IMG/VR virus record: IMGVR_UViG_3300043409_002109
Coordinates: 86,206 to 150,205 of that record
DNA length: 64,000 nt
Reading direction: 5' to 3' (one strand)
Origin: a virus
This document shows, in pieces, positions 19,607-28,826 of the stretch. Position 1 is the stretch's first letter, and the number at the start of each line of letters is the position of its first letter. Below the pieces are notes generated by a model. That model was not told the DNA's origin, made no database searches, and saw nothing but the letters and a program-made list of their open reading frames with translations. The position numbers were made by a program, and so were the translations under genes.

Positions 19607-20020
19607 TTACCACTCATCGCTTATTGGGTCTGTCTTCCGTGGAGCGCTTGGGCGGCCGCCAGAAGGGTTGCTACGACTGGCCTGGGCTGAGCCCCCTGCA
19701 CTAGTATTGGATGGCCGCTTGGCACCTATACCGCGCTTATACTCTTCGAGTATAGCGGCGCTAATCGCCTCCTCTACAGGACCGCGGCGATTATCATCGC
19801 CCTTGTCTTCTAGATAGTTCACGTCATTGAAGTACTTCTCAGCACCTTCCTTATCCACTCCCTTATGGGAGGGAGGAGTCACGAAGACGCCGTTGCGACC
19901 ATCAAAGATCTTATAGCCTTCTATGGCAATAACATCATTAATGATTAGAGTAGCAAAGGCCTTTAGGCTGTTGCTGGAGCTGATGGTCCGCACTTTGGCG
20001 GTGAAGTTTAAATTACTCAT
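19607..20020 (-). CDS. spoVG: SpoVG-family nucleic-acid-binding protein with SSB-like tail
   Basis: LKAFATL.IND...I...KI.DG.NG.FV..PS.K.....Y.D; Gly/Ser/Pro linker ending DPISDEW. Confidence 0.85.
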   Translation of the reverse strand: MSNLNFTAKVRTISSSNSLKAFATLIINDVIAIEGYKIFDGRNGVFVTPPSHKGVDKEGAEKYFNDVNYLEDKGDDNRRGPVEEAISAAILEEYKRGIGAKRPSNTSAGGSAQASRSNPSGGRPSAPRKTDPISDEW

Positions 20021-20145
20021 TATTTTCCTTACTTTGATTTTTCATATAATGATCCCTAGCTAGTCCCCAGGCTATATCATCTAGTGTATCGTTATATTTT
20101 TTTATGATTAAATTTGTGCCGCTTGTAGCGGCTTGATAAGTAACT

Positions 20146-20457
20146 CTACGTGTTGCCGGGAACCGTAGGGCTAACTCTAGGAGTCTTGCCATGTTCATCA
20201 GTAGCATTTGTTGTAACCTTGTTCTGGGTTAAGAATATTTTATAGAAGTATCCTAGGTCTAAAGCCATTAAGGCTAATTCATAGGAACTGCATTTACTCA
20301 GTATTCTCTTCTCTTCTAGGTAGTCGATAAAAGTTCTAACGAGTTCCTCATGAGGAATGCGTTGATCTTTCATACTTCTTTCTACTAATTGTTTTACTAA
20401 CTCTGAAGAGTCAAGGGTTACGTTACCTTGAGAAGTTTCGACAACCCATTGGATCAT
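20146..20457 (-). CDS. hypothetical protein
   Basis: ATGA overlap with upstream gene. Confidence 0.6.
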   Translation of the reverse strand: MIQWVVETSQGNVTLDSSELVKQLVERSMKDQRIPHEELVRTFIDYLEEKRILSKCSSYELALMALDLGYFYKIFLTQNKVTTNATDEHGKTPRVSPTVPGNT

Positions 20458-20960
20458 GACTTTAATCGCACCTGGAGCTTAAGGATAAGCTCTCGCAACT
20501 CGTCTATCTCTGCAAATAACTCTTCGTTGTCATCTTCCCATCCGACTAGGTAAGGAGCCATGCTCATTAAGGTCTGACGAAGGACACGCCACTCGCCATC
20601 TGTTAAAGAGACTTTTACCTCACGTCTGTTGTCGCCCTTACCTTCTCCAAGACTTAGAAAATAACCTGACTCTTGGCCTGGATTAACTCTAAGCTTCTTG
20701 GGGGTATCTTCAGACTGGTGAAAGATATCTACGGTATCGCCATTAAAGATATTTGTTATATCTGTGAATGATATTGCGAATGTAATCTTTTTGCTCCAGT
20801 CCCAGGAGAGGTCTCGGCCAGTGCCGGTACCGGGTGCTGCTTCTAAAAGAACTGCCCCCTCCTTCTCTAGAAAACCTTTCTCATTTAGCCGGGGTGGAAT
20901 CAGTCTAAGCTGTGCAGCTCCACCCTTTTTGTAGAATTTTAATGTACCTTTTCTTGACAT
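20454..20960 (-). CDS. Whirly-family ssDNA-binding protein (plant WHY1/WHY2-like)
   Basis: FYKKGGAAQL, EGAVLLEAAP, WDWSKKITFAIS.TDI, IFH, KKLRVNP, SGYFLSL, LTDGEW.VL, PYLVGW are colinear with plant Whirly motifs; start ATG 20960. Confidence 0.8.
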   Translation of the reverse strand: MSRKGTLKFYKKGGAAQLRLIPPRLNEKGFLEKEGAVLLEAAPGTGTGRDLSWDWSKKITFAISFTDITNIFNGDTVDIFHQSEDTPKKLRVNPGQESGYFLSLGEGKGDNRREVKVSLTDGEWRVLRQTLMSMAPYLVGWEDDNEELFAEIDELRELILKLQVRLKS

Positions 20961-20962
20961 TC

Positions 20963-21220
20963 TTACTCTTTTAGTTGTGCAATCCAATCTAGCATTATTA
21001 GTCCTTGTAAGGCCATGCTGTTTCCAATTGTTTCGCCGTTAGTTGTTCGGTCTTTCATAACAATATGAAAGACATTGTGTTTATCCACCGATCTAGTGTC
21101 AGGAGGAACTCCGATTTCCTCGAAGCCCTCAAGCACTAGAAGGTTGGCTATTAAAGATATTTTATCAGAAATAGAGAGACCATACAACTGTTCTCTCATA
21201 ATTTCTATTTTATTTGTCAT
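20963..21220 (-). CDS. hypothetical protein
   Basis: Operon packing. Confidence 0.6.
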   Translation of the reverse strand: MTNKIEIMREQLYGLSISDKISLIANLLVLEGFEEIGVPPDTRSVDKHNVFHIVMKDRTTNGETIGNSMALQGLIMLDWIAQLKE

Positions 21221-22076
21221 ACTCTTTGCGCGTCCATAAATGTATCTCAGTTGCTAGTTGACAGATAGCAGACCTGTACTGAGTCTTTAATTCTACTATA
21301 GAAGAGATAGGGGACTCCAAGAATGGGGTGCTATCAGCTATGGTGTATAGTCCAGTCTGGTTCAGGGGTACTTTGATATCTATCTGGTTCAGATCACCTA
21401 GCGCAATGAATTTTGAGTTCTCACCCATTCTGGATAGTAGGGTATTCATCTCTGGCCAAGTAGTGTTTTGAGCTTCATCTATTAGGAAGGTGCAGTTCTC
21501 ATAAGTGCATCCTCGGGTCAACTCTAATGGGATGAACTCAAGGTCTTTGTTATCTATCATTTGTTTAAGGTAGTTATCTGCTTTATTTCCTAGGATCTTT
21601 TTAAGAACAATTTCGAAGGAAGCGAGGTATGGCGCATACTTCTCTTCGAACGACCCTGGCACAGCACCGAATGCTTTGCCTTGGCCCACCATTATGGCGG
21701 GCTTACATAGAATAATCTTCTTCTTCTGGCTAAGGTATTGATCAAATGCATAAGATAAAGCTAATGAAGACTTGCCGGTGCCTGCAGCGCCAAGCGCTAT
21801 ATTCACTAAGATGGTTTCGTTGAGAAGGGCCTCAGCAAAAGCAGATTGATGAGCGTCCCGCGTAGTGATGCTCCCTAGCTTATACGTCCCGCCAGCGAGA
21901 ACAAACTCGCCGTTACCAAGATGACGAGCAAAAGCTGTATGTTTTTCATTCATTTCAGAGCGAAAAATTACACAAGAGTTTACTGGTATATAAACTGTCT
22001 CTATGCAGATGCGACGTTTGTCGTACAAGCTTTCAACGAAATAGGAAGGAACAAGAATTTCTTTTACGCAATGCAT
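21210..22076 (-). CDS. phoH: PhoH-like ATPase
   Basis: GAAGTGKS, GAVPG..EEK..PY, RGCT, LIDEAQN, RMGENSK, GD..QID. Confidence 0.92.
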   Translation of the reverse strand: MHCVKEILVPSYFVESLYDKRRICIETVYIPVNSCVIFRSEMNEKHTAFARHLGNGEFVLAGGTYKLGSITTRDAHQSAFAEALLNETILVNIALGAAGTGKSSLALSYAFDQYLSQKKKIILCKPAIMVGQGKAFGAVPGSFEEKYAPYLASFEIVLKKILGNKADNYLKQMIDNKDLEFIPLELTRGCTYENCTFLIDEAQNTTWPEMNTLLSRMGENSKFIALGDLNQIDIKVPLNQTGLYTIADSTPFLESPISSIVELKTQYRSAICQLATEIHLWTRKEYDK

Positions 22077-22241
22077 TTAATAACTTTCCTATAGTTAATG
22101 GAAGCAATCATTACTTTCCATAGCTATAGAGTAACAGAAGGAACTTTTATTTGTCATCGTTTTTAGATTAAAACACTTGACTCGGCACAGCGACATCAAA
22201 ATGTTAATAAAAAAGAATATTAATAGAGAAGCGAAGCTTCT

Positions 22242-22478
22242 CTATTCCGGACTCTGGCAATCTAAATTTTCATAATCAGGTATTAATATATCTCCATAAG
22301 ATTCTATATTTTCTAATTTTATTAATGGAGAAATTGCTATTCCATTTTCGTAATTGTTTTCTACGAAACTGTCAACATCAAAAATTCCTGGGGGGACGTA
22401 AAGGATTCTACAACCTTTTAATTCTGTATAAGTTTCTCCGTCACTTAAAACTACTACTAACATACTATTAGTTTCCAT
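22242..22478 (-). CDS. hypothetical protein
   Basis: AAGGA RBS, 78 aa. Confidence 0.55.
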   Translation of the reverse strand: METNSMLVVVLSDGETYTELKGCRILYVPPGIFDVDSFVENNYENGIAISPLIKLENIESYGDILIPDYENLDCQSPE

Positions 22479-22537
22479 TCTTTAATCCTTCGTTATTTAA
22501 ATGATGACGCCCAAAGGCGTCATCATCTTGTTCTATT

Positions 22538-22798
22538 TTAGAACTTGGTACAGTAATGCAGTGCGCCTTTGACCACGCCTGTGGCGCTTACGAGGTCTCC
22601 TGCGTAAACCTGCTCACTATCCCAACGATTCTTATCTACGGTCTGGCCGTTGACAGCAATCTCGTTGTTAATGGAGCAGTCGGCATTATAAACTTCACGC
22701 GCACGGTCAAGCACACGACGAAGGGTTACTACGCTTTCACCCGGGAAATCTAGCTGCTTCTGGCCGTTGCCAGGAAGACGAAGAAATTCTACTTTCAT
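22538..22798 (-). CDS. ubiquitin-like beta-grasp protein (ThiS/MoaD type) with C-terminal extension
   Basis: MKVEFL...TLRRVL...IAVNGQTV...W...V.AGDLV...VKG-ALHYCTKF; directly downstream of the E1 gene; start ATG 22798. Confidence 0.8.
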   Translation of the reverse strand: MKVEFLRLPGNGQKQLDFPGESVVTLRRVLDRAREVYNADCSINNEIAVNGQTVDKNRWDSEQVYAGDLVSATGVVKGALHYCTKF

Positions 22799-22800
22799 TT

Positions 22801-23550
22801 TTAATTCTCTGATTGTTCTGTTGTTGAAGCACGACACAAAGATCGTACAGTAAGATTGGGAGCAAAGTGGAACATAGTCCTACGACGGTCTAGCATGTTC
22901 CAAGGTTCACCAGTAGAGTCTTGAATCATTCGATCACACATCTGATGGACCAGGAAAGATACTGTGTTGAATACTAGGGTACTACATATCTTACGATTGC
23001 ATGGACCTTCTGGTGTTTCAGCATCATTCCCTAAGCTGTTAAGCCAAACGTCTACTTGCTCACTATCTAGATTATCTAGAAGATTTACTTGGCCGAAGTC
23101 AAATCCAAGCCTTGTCTCGAAAACTCCAAGAATCTGAGGATTCATCCGGAAGACTTCAGCGACTGCTCGTCTAGAGTCAAAAGAATCTGTAGCCAGAACT
23201 AAAGGTCCGCCTTCTGCAATAGTCGATTCTTTCGAAAAGAATTCTGCATGAGTAGTTACATCTATTTCTGGATTGAATCTGCGGAGTACATGTGCAAGTG
23301 CATCTACCTTTTGCAGGCCTATGTGTTCAACATCATAGGCCTGATTGGGAAGATTGTGTGGCTCGACCTGATCACGATCCCAAAGATCGAAACGAGTAAA
23401 GCCCATTCGAGCTGCTAAGAGAGCAGCATTGCTGCCAACAGCCCCACAGCCTACAACAATAACTCTGCATTCAGCTAAAGCAGGATTAAACCAAGAAGAA
23501 TGTCTTTGAAAACTAACCTTCTTCTCAAATTCAACGGGCGCTTGCGTCAT
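22801..23550 (-). CDS. ThiF/MoeB/E1-like adenylyltransferase
   Basis: FQRH, GCGAVGS, WDRDQVEPHNLPNQ, KVDAL, ATDS, ETRLG, candidate catalytic Cys in GPCN. Confidence 0.92.
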   Translation of the reverse strand: MTQAPVEFEKKVSFQRHSSWFNPALAECRVIVVGCGAVGSNAALLAARMGFTRFDLWDRDQVEPHNLPNQAYDVEHIGLQKVDALAHVLRRFNPEIDVTTHAEFFSKESTIAEGGPLVLATDSFDSRRAVAEVFRMNPQILGVFETRLGFDFGQVNLLDNLDSEQVDVWLNSLGNDAETPEGPCNRKICSTLVFNTVSFLVHQMCDRMIQDSTGEPWNMLDRRRTMFHFAPNLTVRSLCRASTTEQSEN

Positions 23551-24847
23551 TTTCTTTCCTGGACTTTTTATTCTTATTCTTATTCTTATTCTCGTAAGCG
23601 TTAACGTTCTTGAGGAAAAGCTTCATCCATTCATTGTCTAGCTCTTTAGCAATTCCTGGCATTCTCTCAGAAAGTTTATAACCAAAAGCAATTTCAGCAG
23701 CAGCAACAAAGAGATCTGCACCAAAGGTGTCTTGCCCTATAGCAAGCTGTCTAAAATCTTCTCTAGCATCTTTATAAGGAGCCATAGAATCAGCGTTCAC
23801 CTTAAAAGCATAGAGAGTTGGAACATCATTCTTGTCTTCTTCGAATAGAAGAGCACTCATAATTTTCCAACAGTACTTAGCTTCTAACGAGTCTGGATCC
23901 CCAAAATACTGATCCATTTCTTTCATGAACCTCGCAGTAGGAACTTCACTAGCTTGAAGTGTCTTAGCGTTTGTAATAGCTTCTGCACATTCAGAAAGAG
24001 TTGGGTAACTTGGTGCGACCCAAGAAAGAATAAATCCATCTTTAATCGAAGTGTTCTGGCCAGTCTGTTTCGTCGTAGAGTCCTGGGACTTTCCACCAGT
24101 GTGGGTTTGCCCCTGCACAGGAAAATTTTTAGTGCCATTACTATTATTGCTACCTCCTGTATAAGCAGTAGAGGTATGAACTCTTGTCTTAATTCTTTCT
24201 TTCAGGAGGGTGTCAATTTTCGCAAAGTCGAATCCATCGGAGATATGAAAGGTGGCATTTTGTACCTCGGCCCCCAAAACCGGATCGTAAAGACGACAAA
24301 AGTATTCATCTTTCTGATTAAGGATTACCATCATAACAGGCTGAGAAGGATTATCTTCTGTGATTTTACGAGCAATCCAATCTTTCCACTGCTCATTATC
24401 AGTACCGCTTGGATTACAAGCCATCTGGACGTGAGAGTGACACCAGACTGCCATACGAGAACAGTCTAGGTTGAATGCTTCTAGAGCTTCATCTCTGGGG
24501 GGGATTCTATTGCCCTCTTCATCCACTGGAGGAACCAAAGTCCCTTCAGTGTTACGAACCATCAGGCCATGACGCTCGCGAAGCTCGAATGCAAGCTTCA
24601 AAAGCATGTTCCCGTCAGTCTCGACTGTTTGTCCAGTAACAGTTTGTTCTGGAATTAGAATATCAGAAATGAAATAGTGAATCATCTTATTCTTATGATC
24701 GACTTCTCTATCTATCATATGAAACCACTGACATTCTTGTGCGTTACACTTAGCAGTTAGATACCTTGCCTGCTCTAGTGCAAATCGATCCCAGGTTATC
24801 TGGTATCGATACCGTGTACTAAGCAGTTCCGGTGTTGTTGCTTTCAT
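23531..24847 (-). CDS. JAB/MPN+ metalloisopeptidase (deubiquitinase-like) with long C-terminal extension
   Basis: Upstream Glu (ECQW), IPEQTV, complete HxH-x7-SxxD (HSHVQMACNPSGTD). Confidence 0.85.
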   Translation of the reverse strand: MKATTPELLSTRYRYQITWDRFALEQARYLTAKCNAQECQWFHMIDREVDHKNKMIHYFISDILIPEQTVTGQTVETDGNMLLKLAFELRERHGLMVRNTEGTLVPPVDEEGNRIPPRDEALEAFNLDCSRMAVWCHSHVQMACNPSGTDNEQWKDWIARKITEDNPSQPVMMVILNQKDEYFCRLYDPVLGAEVQNATFHISDGFDFAKIDTLLKERIKTRVHTSTAYTGGSNNSNGTKNFPVQGQTHTGGKSQDSTTKQTGQNTSIKDGFILSWVAPSYPTLSECAEAITNAKTLQASEVPTARFMKEMDQYFGDPDSLEAKYCWKIMSALLFEEDKNDVPTLYAFKVNADSMAPYKDAREDFRQLAIGQDTFGADLFVAAAEIAFGYKLSERMPGIAKELDNEWMKLFLKNVNAYENKNKNKNKKSRKENDASAR

Positions 24848-27308
24848 TATTTTCCTGTTGTTCGTTTAGAACTTTTTCAATTTTTGCAGTTTGATTCACA
24901 AGAATACCTTCGTATTTTGTATAGCCTTTTCGAAGAATACTACCCATTCTTTTCTCTACTTCTGCATTTGCATTTTCTGGAGTTGAAACTACAGTTATAG
25001 TTTTTCCACCTGAAGAAGGAATGATCCAATTAAAGCCTTGCTTTATCATTGATCCGAATCGAATGACTACATCAGGCAAACCATCAGTATATTTTATCTG
25101 ATAGTAAAGATGATTGGTATCATTTGTACTATTAACATAATTGAAAGTTTTTTCTTCAAAAGAATAACTATGAATTAATGTTGGGATTTCAGATACTTCT
25201 GGAAAGTAAGTGTATTCTTTTCCCCAATGATCGGCTGGATCTGCATTACTTACCCAGCTATTCAATGTTAAGAGAATCAAGTTCAAGTCTTCATTCTGAA
25301 AGCATTGCCATAATGCAGTAGTAGCTTCTCCTGCACAAACTCTAGCTGAATGAGTAAACATAGAACTAATACTTGAATAATCTATTGGATTAATTATTAA
25401 TGCAGCTGTATGTGGATGCAATTTAATTGTTCTTAATGCATTCTTATCAACATTTCTCTCTTCTGGACGAACGCCAAAGATTGTATATTTTTCCGCAGGA
25501 AATAATTCAATAGTTGGGCTATCTCCTGGAACAACCATAGAGACTTTGAAAAGGTATGGACCTCCGACTCTAGAGCCCCACTTAGTTTCCCACTCTGGGT
25601 CTCTTGCTCCTACTCTAATCTTATTAGGCCGAATTGTCCTAGCAATAACTTGATGAAGGAACCAGTTGCTGTTCAAAGAGCATTCTTTATTTTTAGAAAC
25701 ACTTTCAATTGCACCAGAGACTTTATTCTTATAAAGAACATCAAGAACTATCCAGTTCTGGCGTAACCAAATCTGTTGAATATTAGGTAAGGTTTCAATA
25801 CCCAATTCTTTAAGAATATCATCTTGTGAAACTGCAGATTTTAGAGCTAATTCATTCAGAATATCAAAATCTTTTTTAACTTGATCTAATTTTTTCTGCT
25901 GAGCATCTAAAGTATTATTCCAATTTTTAATTTCTTGTTCTTTAGCTAAGAGTATTCTTTTTAGCTCCTTTAATTGATCTACGTTAGCCTGTCTAATCGC
26001 AAGTATTTGATTGCGTTTAGACTGATGCTGCTTGTATATAGATTCAAATTCAAGAACATTTTTCTCTTTATTCTGGGCAGCATTTAAATTTCTTTTAAAA
26101 TTTCTACCAGATTCTGTTCTTACTAGAAGTTTAGAAAAATTCATATTTTGCCAAGATTCACTTGGTAATATTTTTTTTTCTAAAAGAATATTCTCATATT
26201 TTGACTGTATTTTTAGAGTGGAATTAATTTTTTCTAAGGTAGTATACCAAGATTTACCTAAGGTATTTATTTGATTAGGAAAAAATCTTTTAACTTCTTT
26301 ATATCTCTCAACCAAAATAGGATGATTTTCTAAAGATGTTCTTTGTCTAGCTAAATCTTTGACTAAGATATCTAGAGCCTCGGTTAAAATAAGATTTTCT
26401 TTCTTATCGAGGTCTGAATAAGAAGTATTAAAATGGATTAGCTGAGTTATAGAGACTTCTTCATAGGTCCCTGAAGAAGGATTTATTACTAAAACGTTTC
26501 TTCGTATTGGGATGAACATACCAGGCTGATAATTTCCTAACGCTATCTTCTCGTTTGAAAATTCAACTTCATTTTTAGAATTAGACTTTACAAGTAAGAC
26601 ATTAGTTCTATGTGACGGGCCACAATTGTTTATTAGTTCTTTGAGATATTCTTTAGGAAGTAAACTGATAGGTCCATCTTCGTCTACCCAGCCTTGATAT
26701 AACCCTATTTTTAACCTACGATTTTCAGCATTAAGATTTAAATTTTTATTATTAACTCTTTTTGTTGTCCAAGTATTAGGAAGTATGAAGCTCATATCTA
26801 TTTGAGGTTCAACTAGATCGGGATATATCTCTTTAATAGAAGGTGGAATAAGATTATATTCATCGAATACTAAAGGAGTCACATATATTGTATCAGGATA
26901 TGGCTGATAAGCAGATAGCTTTTGATCTGGATCCTTAGTATAAGATGAAATAGGATCATCTTCTTCTGACTGTTGTACTATCCAAAAGATACTTGAAGAA
27001 CTTGAATTCTGCTTTAATTTTATATTCGACAACGAATATCTTGATCTTAAATATTCGAGATTATCTACTTTTGGGCTGCCACTAGGCTTTAGTAATATAT
27101 CTTCACTTAAAGATATAAATTTATTTTCACTTAGATTAAGTGTATATCTGGCAAGACTTTTAATTATTGGATCAAAGTCTTCATTAAAAGGATGTCCAGA
27201 TCTTGTAGCGTTTGCCTGCAGTAAAGAAGGGAAAGCTAAAACAAATCGAGAAGAATGGAGCGGGCGGGATCCAAGACTAGGAAGCGCATGACGAGAAGTA
27301 GAATACAT
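24819..27308 (-). CDS. large multidomain protein: coiled coil, putative prokaryotic E2-like domain, C-terminal WGR-like domain
   Basis: GGPY...HPHT...RVCAGE...L..W....DP.D.WGK.Y..FP (E2-like, Cys codon 25337-25335); YYQI...VVIRFGS...A..E..K.....RKGY (WGR-like); position in the JAB-E1-Ubl operon. Confidence 0.62.
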   Translation of the reverse strand: MYSTSRHALPSLGSRPLHSSRFVLAFPSLLQANATRSGHPFNEDFDPIIKSLARYTLNLSENKFISLSEDILLKPSGSPKVDNLEYLRSRYSLSNIKLKQNSSSSSIFWIVQQSEEDDPISSYTKDPDQKLSAYQPYPDTIYVTPLVFDEYNLIPPSIKEIYPDLVEPQIDMSFILPNTWTTKRVNNKNLNLNAENRRLKIGLYQGWVDEDGPISLLPKEYLKELINNCGPSHRTNVLLVKSNSKNEVEFSNEKIALGNYQPGMFIPIRRNVLVINPSSGTYEEVSITQLIHFNTSYSDLDKKENLILTEALDILVKDLARQRTSLENHPILVERYKEVKRFFPNQINTLGKSWYTTLEKINSTLKIQSKYENILLEKKILPSESWQNMNFSKLLVRTESGRNFKRNLNAAQNKEKNVLEFESIYKQHQSKRNQILAIRQANVDQLKELKRILLAKEQEIKNWNNTLDAQQKKLDQVKKDFDILNELALKSAVSQDDILKELGIETLPNIQQIWLRQNWIVLDVLYKNKVSGAIESVSKNKECSLNSNWFLHQVIARTIRPNKIRVGARDPEWETKWGSRVGGPYLFKVSMVVPGDSPTIELFPAEKYTIFGVRPEERNVDKNALRTIKLHPHTAALIINPIDYSSISSMFTHSARVCAGEATTALWQCFQNEDLNLILLTLNSWVSNADPADHWGKEYTYFPEVSEIPTLIHSYSFEEKTFNYVNSTNDTNHLYYQIKYTDGLPDVVIRFGSMIKQGFNWIIPSSGGKTITVVSTPENANAEVEKRMGSILRKGYTKYEGILVNQTAKIEKVLNEQQENNESNNTGTA

Positions 27309-27823
27309 TATATTTCAAATCCTTTTAATATTATTTGTTCATCTATATTTTCGTCGATAGCATTAACTAAGAATTTGAATTGATTTTCACTGATCTTTAC
27401 GTCAGGTAGAATCTCATAATTTTTTAGTAATAGCTGGATATTAGGTTCAAGTTCGCCTTGAGCTTTATATTTTAGTATCAATAGTGTTGGGTGAGGCCGA
27501 AGAGAGCTTAACTCTATTAAGAATTTCTTTCTTAGAGTTTCACGATGCGAAGGAGTTATATTATTTTGAAATAATATTTTAATTCTTTGATAAAAATTCT
27601 TAGTTAATCCAGCCATAGCTTTTTTTCTTTGAGTTTCGTTCCACGTCTTTGTGGCTCTTGTGCTAGGATAATTTTTAGGTATAGAGAGAGAAAACTTCTC
27701 CCTCTTTCCATATTTAAATTCTGGTAAAGTTTTATCTGGTATTAAATAAAAATTCTTGTAATCGTCATCCGTATTTTCAGTCGGTGTTATTGGAACAAAC
27801 TGAATCAATTGATTAAGACGCAT
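27308..27823 (-). CDS. hypothetical basic protein
   Basis: Translationally coupled to the 829-aa gene. Confidence 0.6.
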   Translation of the reverse strand: MRLNQLIQFVPITPTENTDDDYKNFYLIPDKTLPEFKYGKREKFSLSIPKNYPSTRATKTWNETQRKKAMAGLTKNFYQRIKILFQNNITPSHRETLRKKFLIELSSLRPHPTLLILKYKAQGELEPNIQLLLKNYEILPDVKISENQFKFLVNAIDENIDEQIILKGFEI

Positions 27824-28448
27824 CTTTTTCCACGGCTATAAGGGCGATGACATACAATCCAACATTGGGCGCTATGTCATCAATAAATATTTGAGGATGT
27901 TTAATCATAGGTAGTAGCTCTTTGGGTAAAACTAGACATCCTATTTCAGTTAGGATTCTTTTAGTATCTAAGAGAATATCTATGATTTTTTCAATCTCTT
28001 CATTTTTAGATTGAAGAGTTATTTCTAACTTGTAACGAATCTTATGATATTCGATCCAGAGTTTATTAAAAGTAGATACAAGATTATATTCGTAATCAGA
28101 GAGTAATCGAAGTACTTCTGATTGAATATGAATCTTTAGCGAGTTAAGATTAGGGATTCGATTTGTATTACGTAAACGTACTTGTACTAATCCATTAATA
28201 TAATAATTTGCTTCTATTTCAATTCCGCAACTTTTTAAGTTTATTATCTCACTAGGAGATAATCGATTATATTCATTTCTTTCTAGGAATGTTGCAGGAG
28301 ATCCAGCGAATGCTAAACTTAAGCATTCTTGTGGATCCAACCTCAAAGAAATGTTGTTACTCTGGCCCTTTGTTATCAGAAGATTCGTATTTCTCACTAT
28401 CCAAGGGATAGAGTTCATTTTGAATCTCCATGATAAAAGATGGAGCAT
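27813..28448 (-). CDS. hypothetical protein
   Basis: Operon packing. Confidence 0.6.
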   Translation of the reverse strand: MLHLLSWRFKMNSIPWIVRNTNLLITKGQSNNISLRLDPQECLSLAFAGSPATFLERNEYNRLSPSEIINLKSCGIEIEANYYINGLVQVRLRNTNRIPNLNSLKIHIQSEVLRLLSDYEYNLVSTFNKLWIEYHKIRYKLEITLQSKNEEIEKIIDILLDTKRILTEIGCLVLPKELLPMIKHPQIFIDDIAPNVGLYVIALIAVEKDAS

Positions 28449-28572
28449 CTTTTATGTCATAGACTAATAAAGGAAAGCCACACTCTTCACACAATAGTCT
28501 TTCTGGTAGAATTTCTAATGCTTGAGCATAACCGCAGTTATCTAGATCTATACAATAAACTTGATATAACAT
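28357..28572 (-). CDS. small zinc-ribbon protein
   Basis: YC.....C...LCEECG; probable start MLYQV. Confidence 0.45.
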   Translation of the reverse strand: MLYQVYCIDLDNCGYAQALEILPERLLCEECGFPLLVYDIKDAPSFIMEIQNELYPLDSEKYESSDNKGPE

Positions 28573-28623
28573 CTTTTGACCTAACCAGCAGGGCGGCATA
28601 GCCGCCCAACAGAGACAAAATCT

Positions 28624-28818
28624 TTAATCTTCATAACGGGTAGGAGTATCCATCCGAAGGATGGCGCGAGTAAGATAAGTATTATTTACTCCCTCTGCTC
28701 GAAGAGCGCGTCTAGCGTTGCGTGCTTCATCACGAGTAGACCAACGGCTATGCACCTTGGTGGTACTGGTCCAGACTGTGTATATGTAGAGCGGAATAGT
28801 GTTCATTTCGATAATCAT
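28624..28818 (-). CDS. small basic hypothetical protein
   Basis: AAGGA RBS; followed by a hairpin. Confidence 0.55.
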   Translation of the reverse strand: MIIEMNTIPLYIYTVWTSTTKVHSRWSTRDEARNARRALRAEGVNNTYLTRAILRMDTPTRYED

Positions 28819-28826
28819 TTGTTCCT

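Noticed and set aside
22538-23550. ThiS/ThiF for thiamine or molybdopterin synthesis
   Set aside because: No ThiG, MoaE or sulfurtransferase nearby; linked instead to JAB and an E2-like gene. Disfavoured rather than excluded
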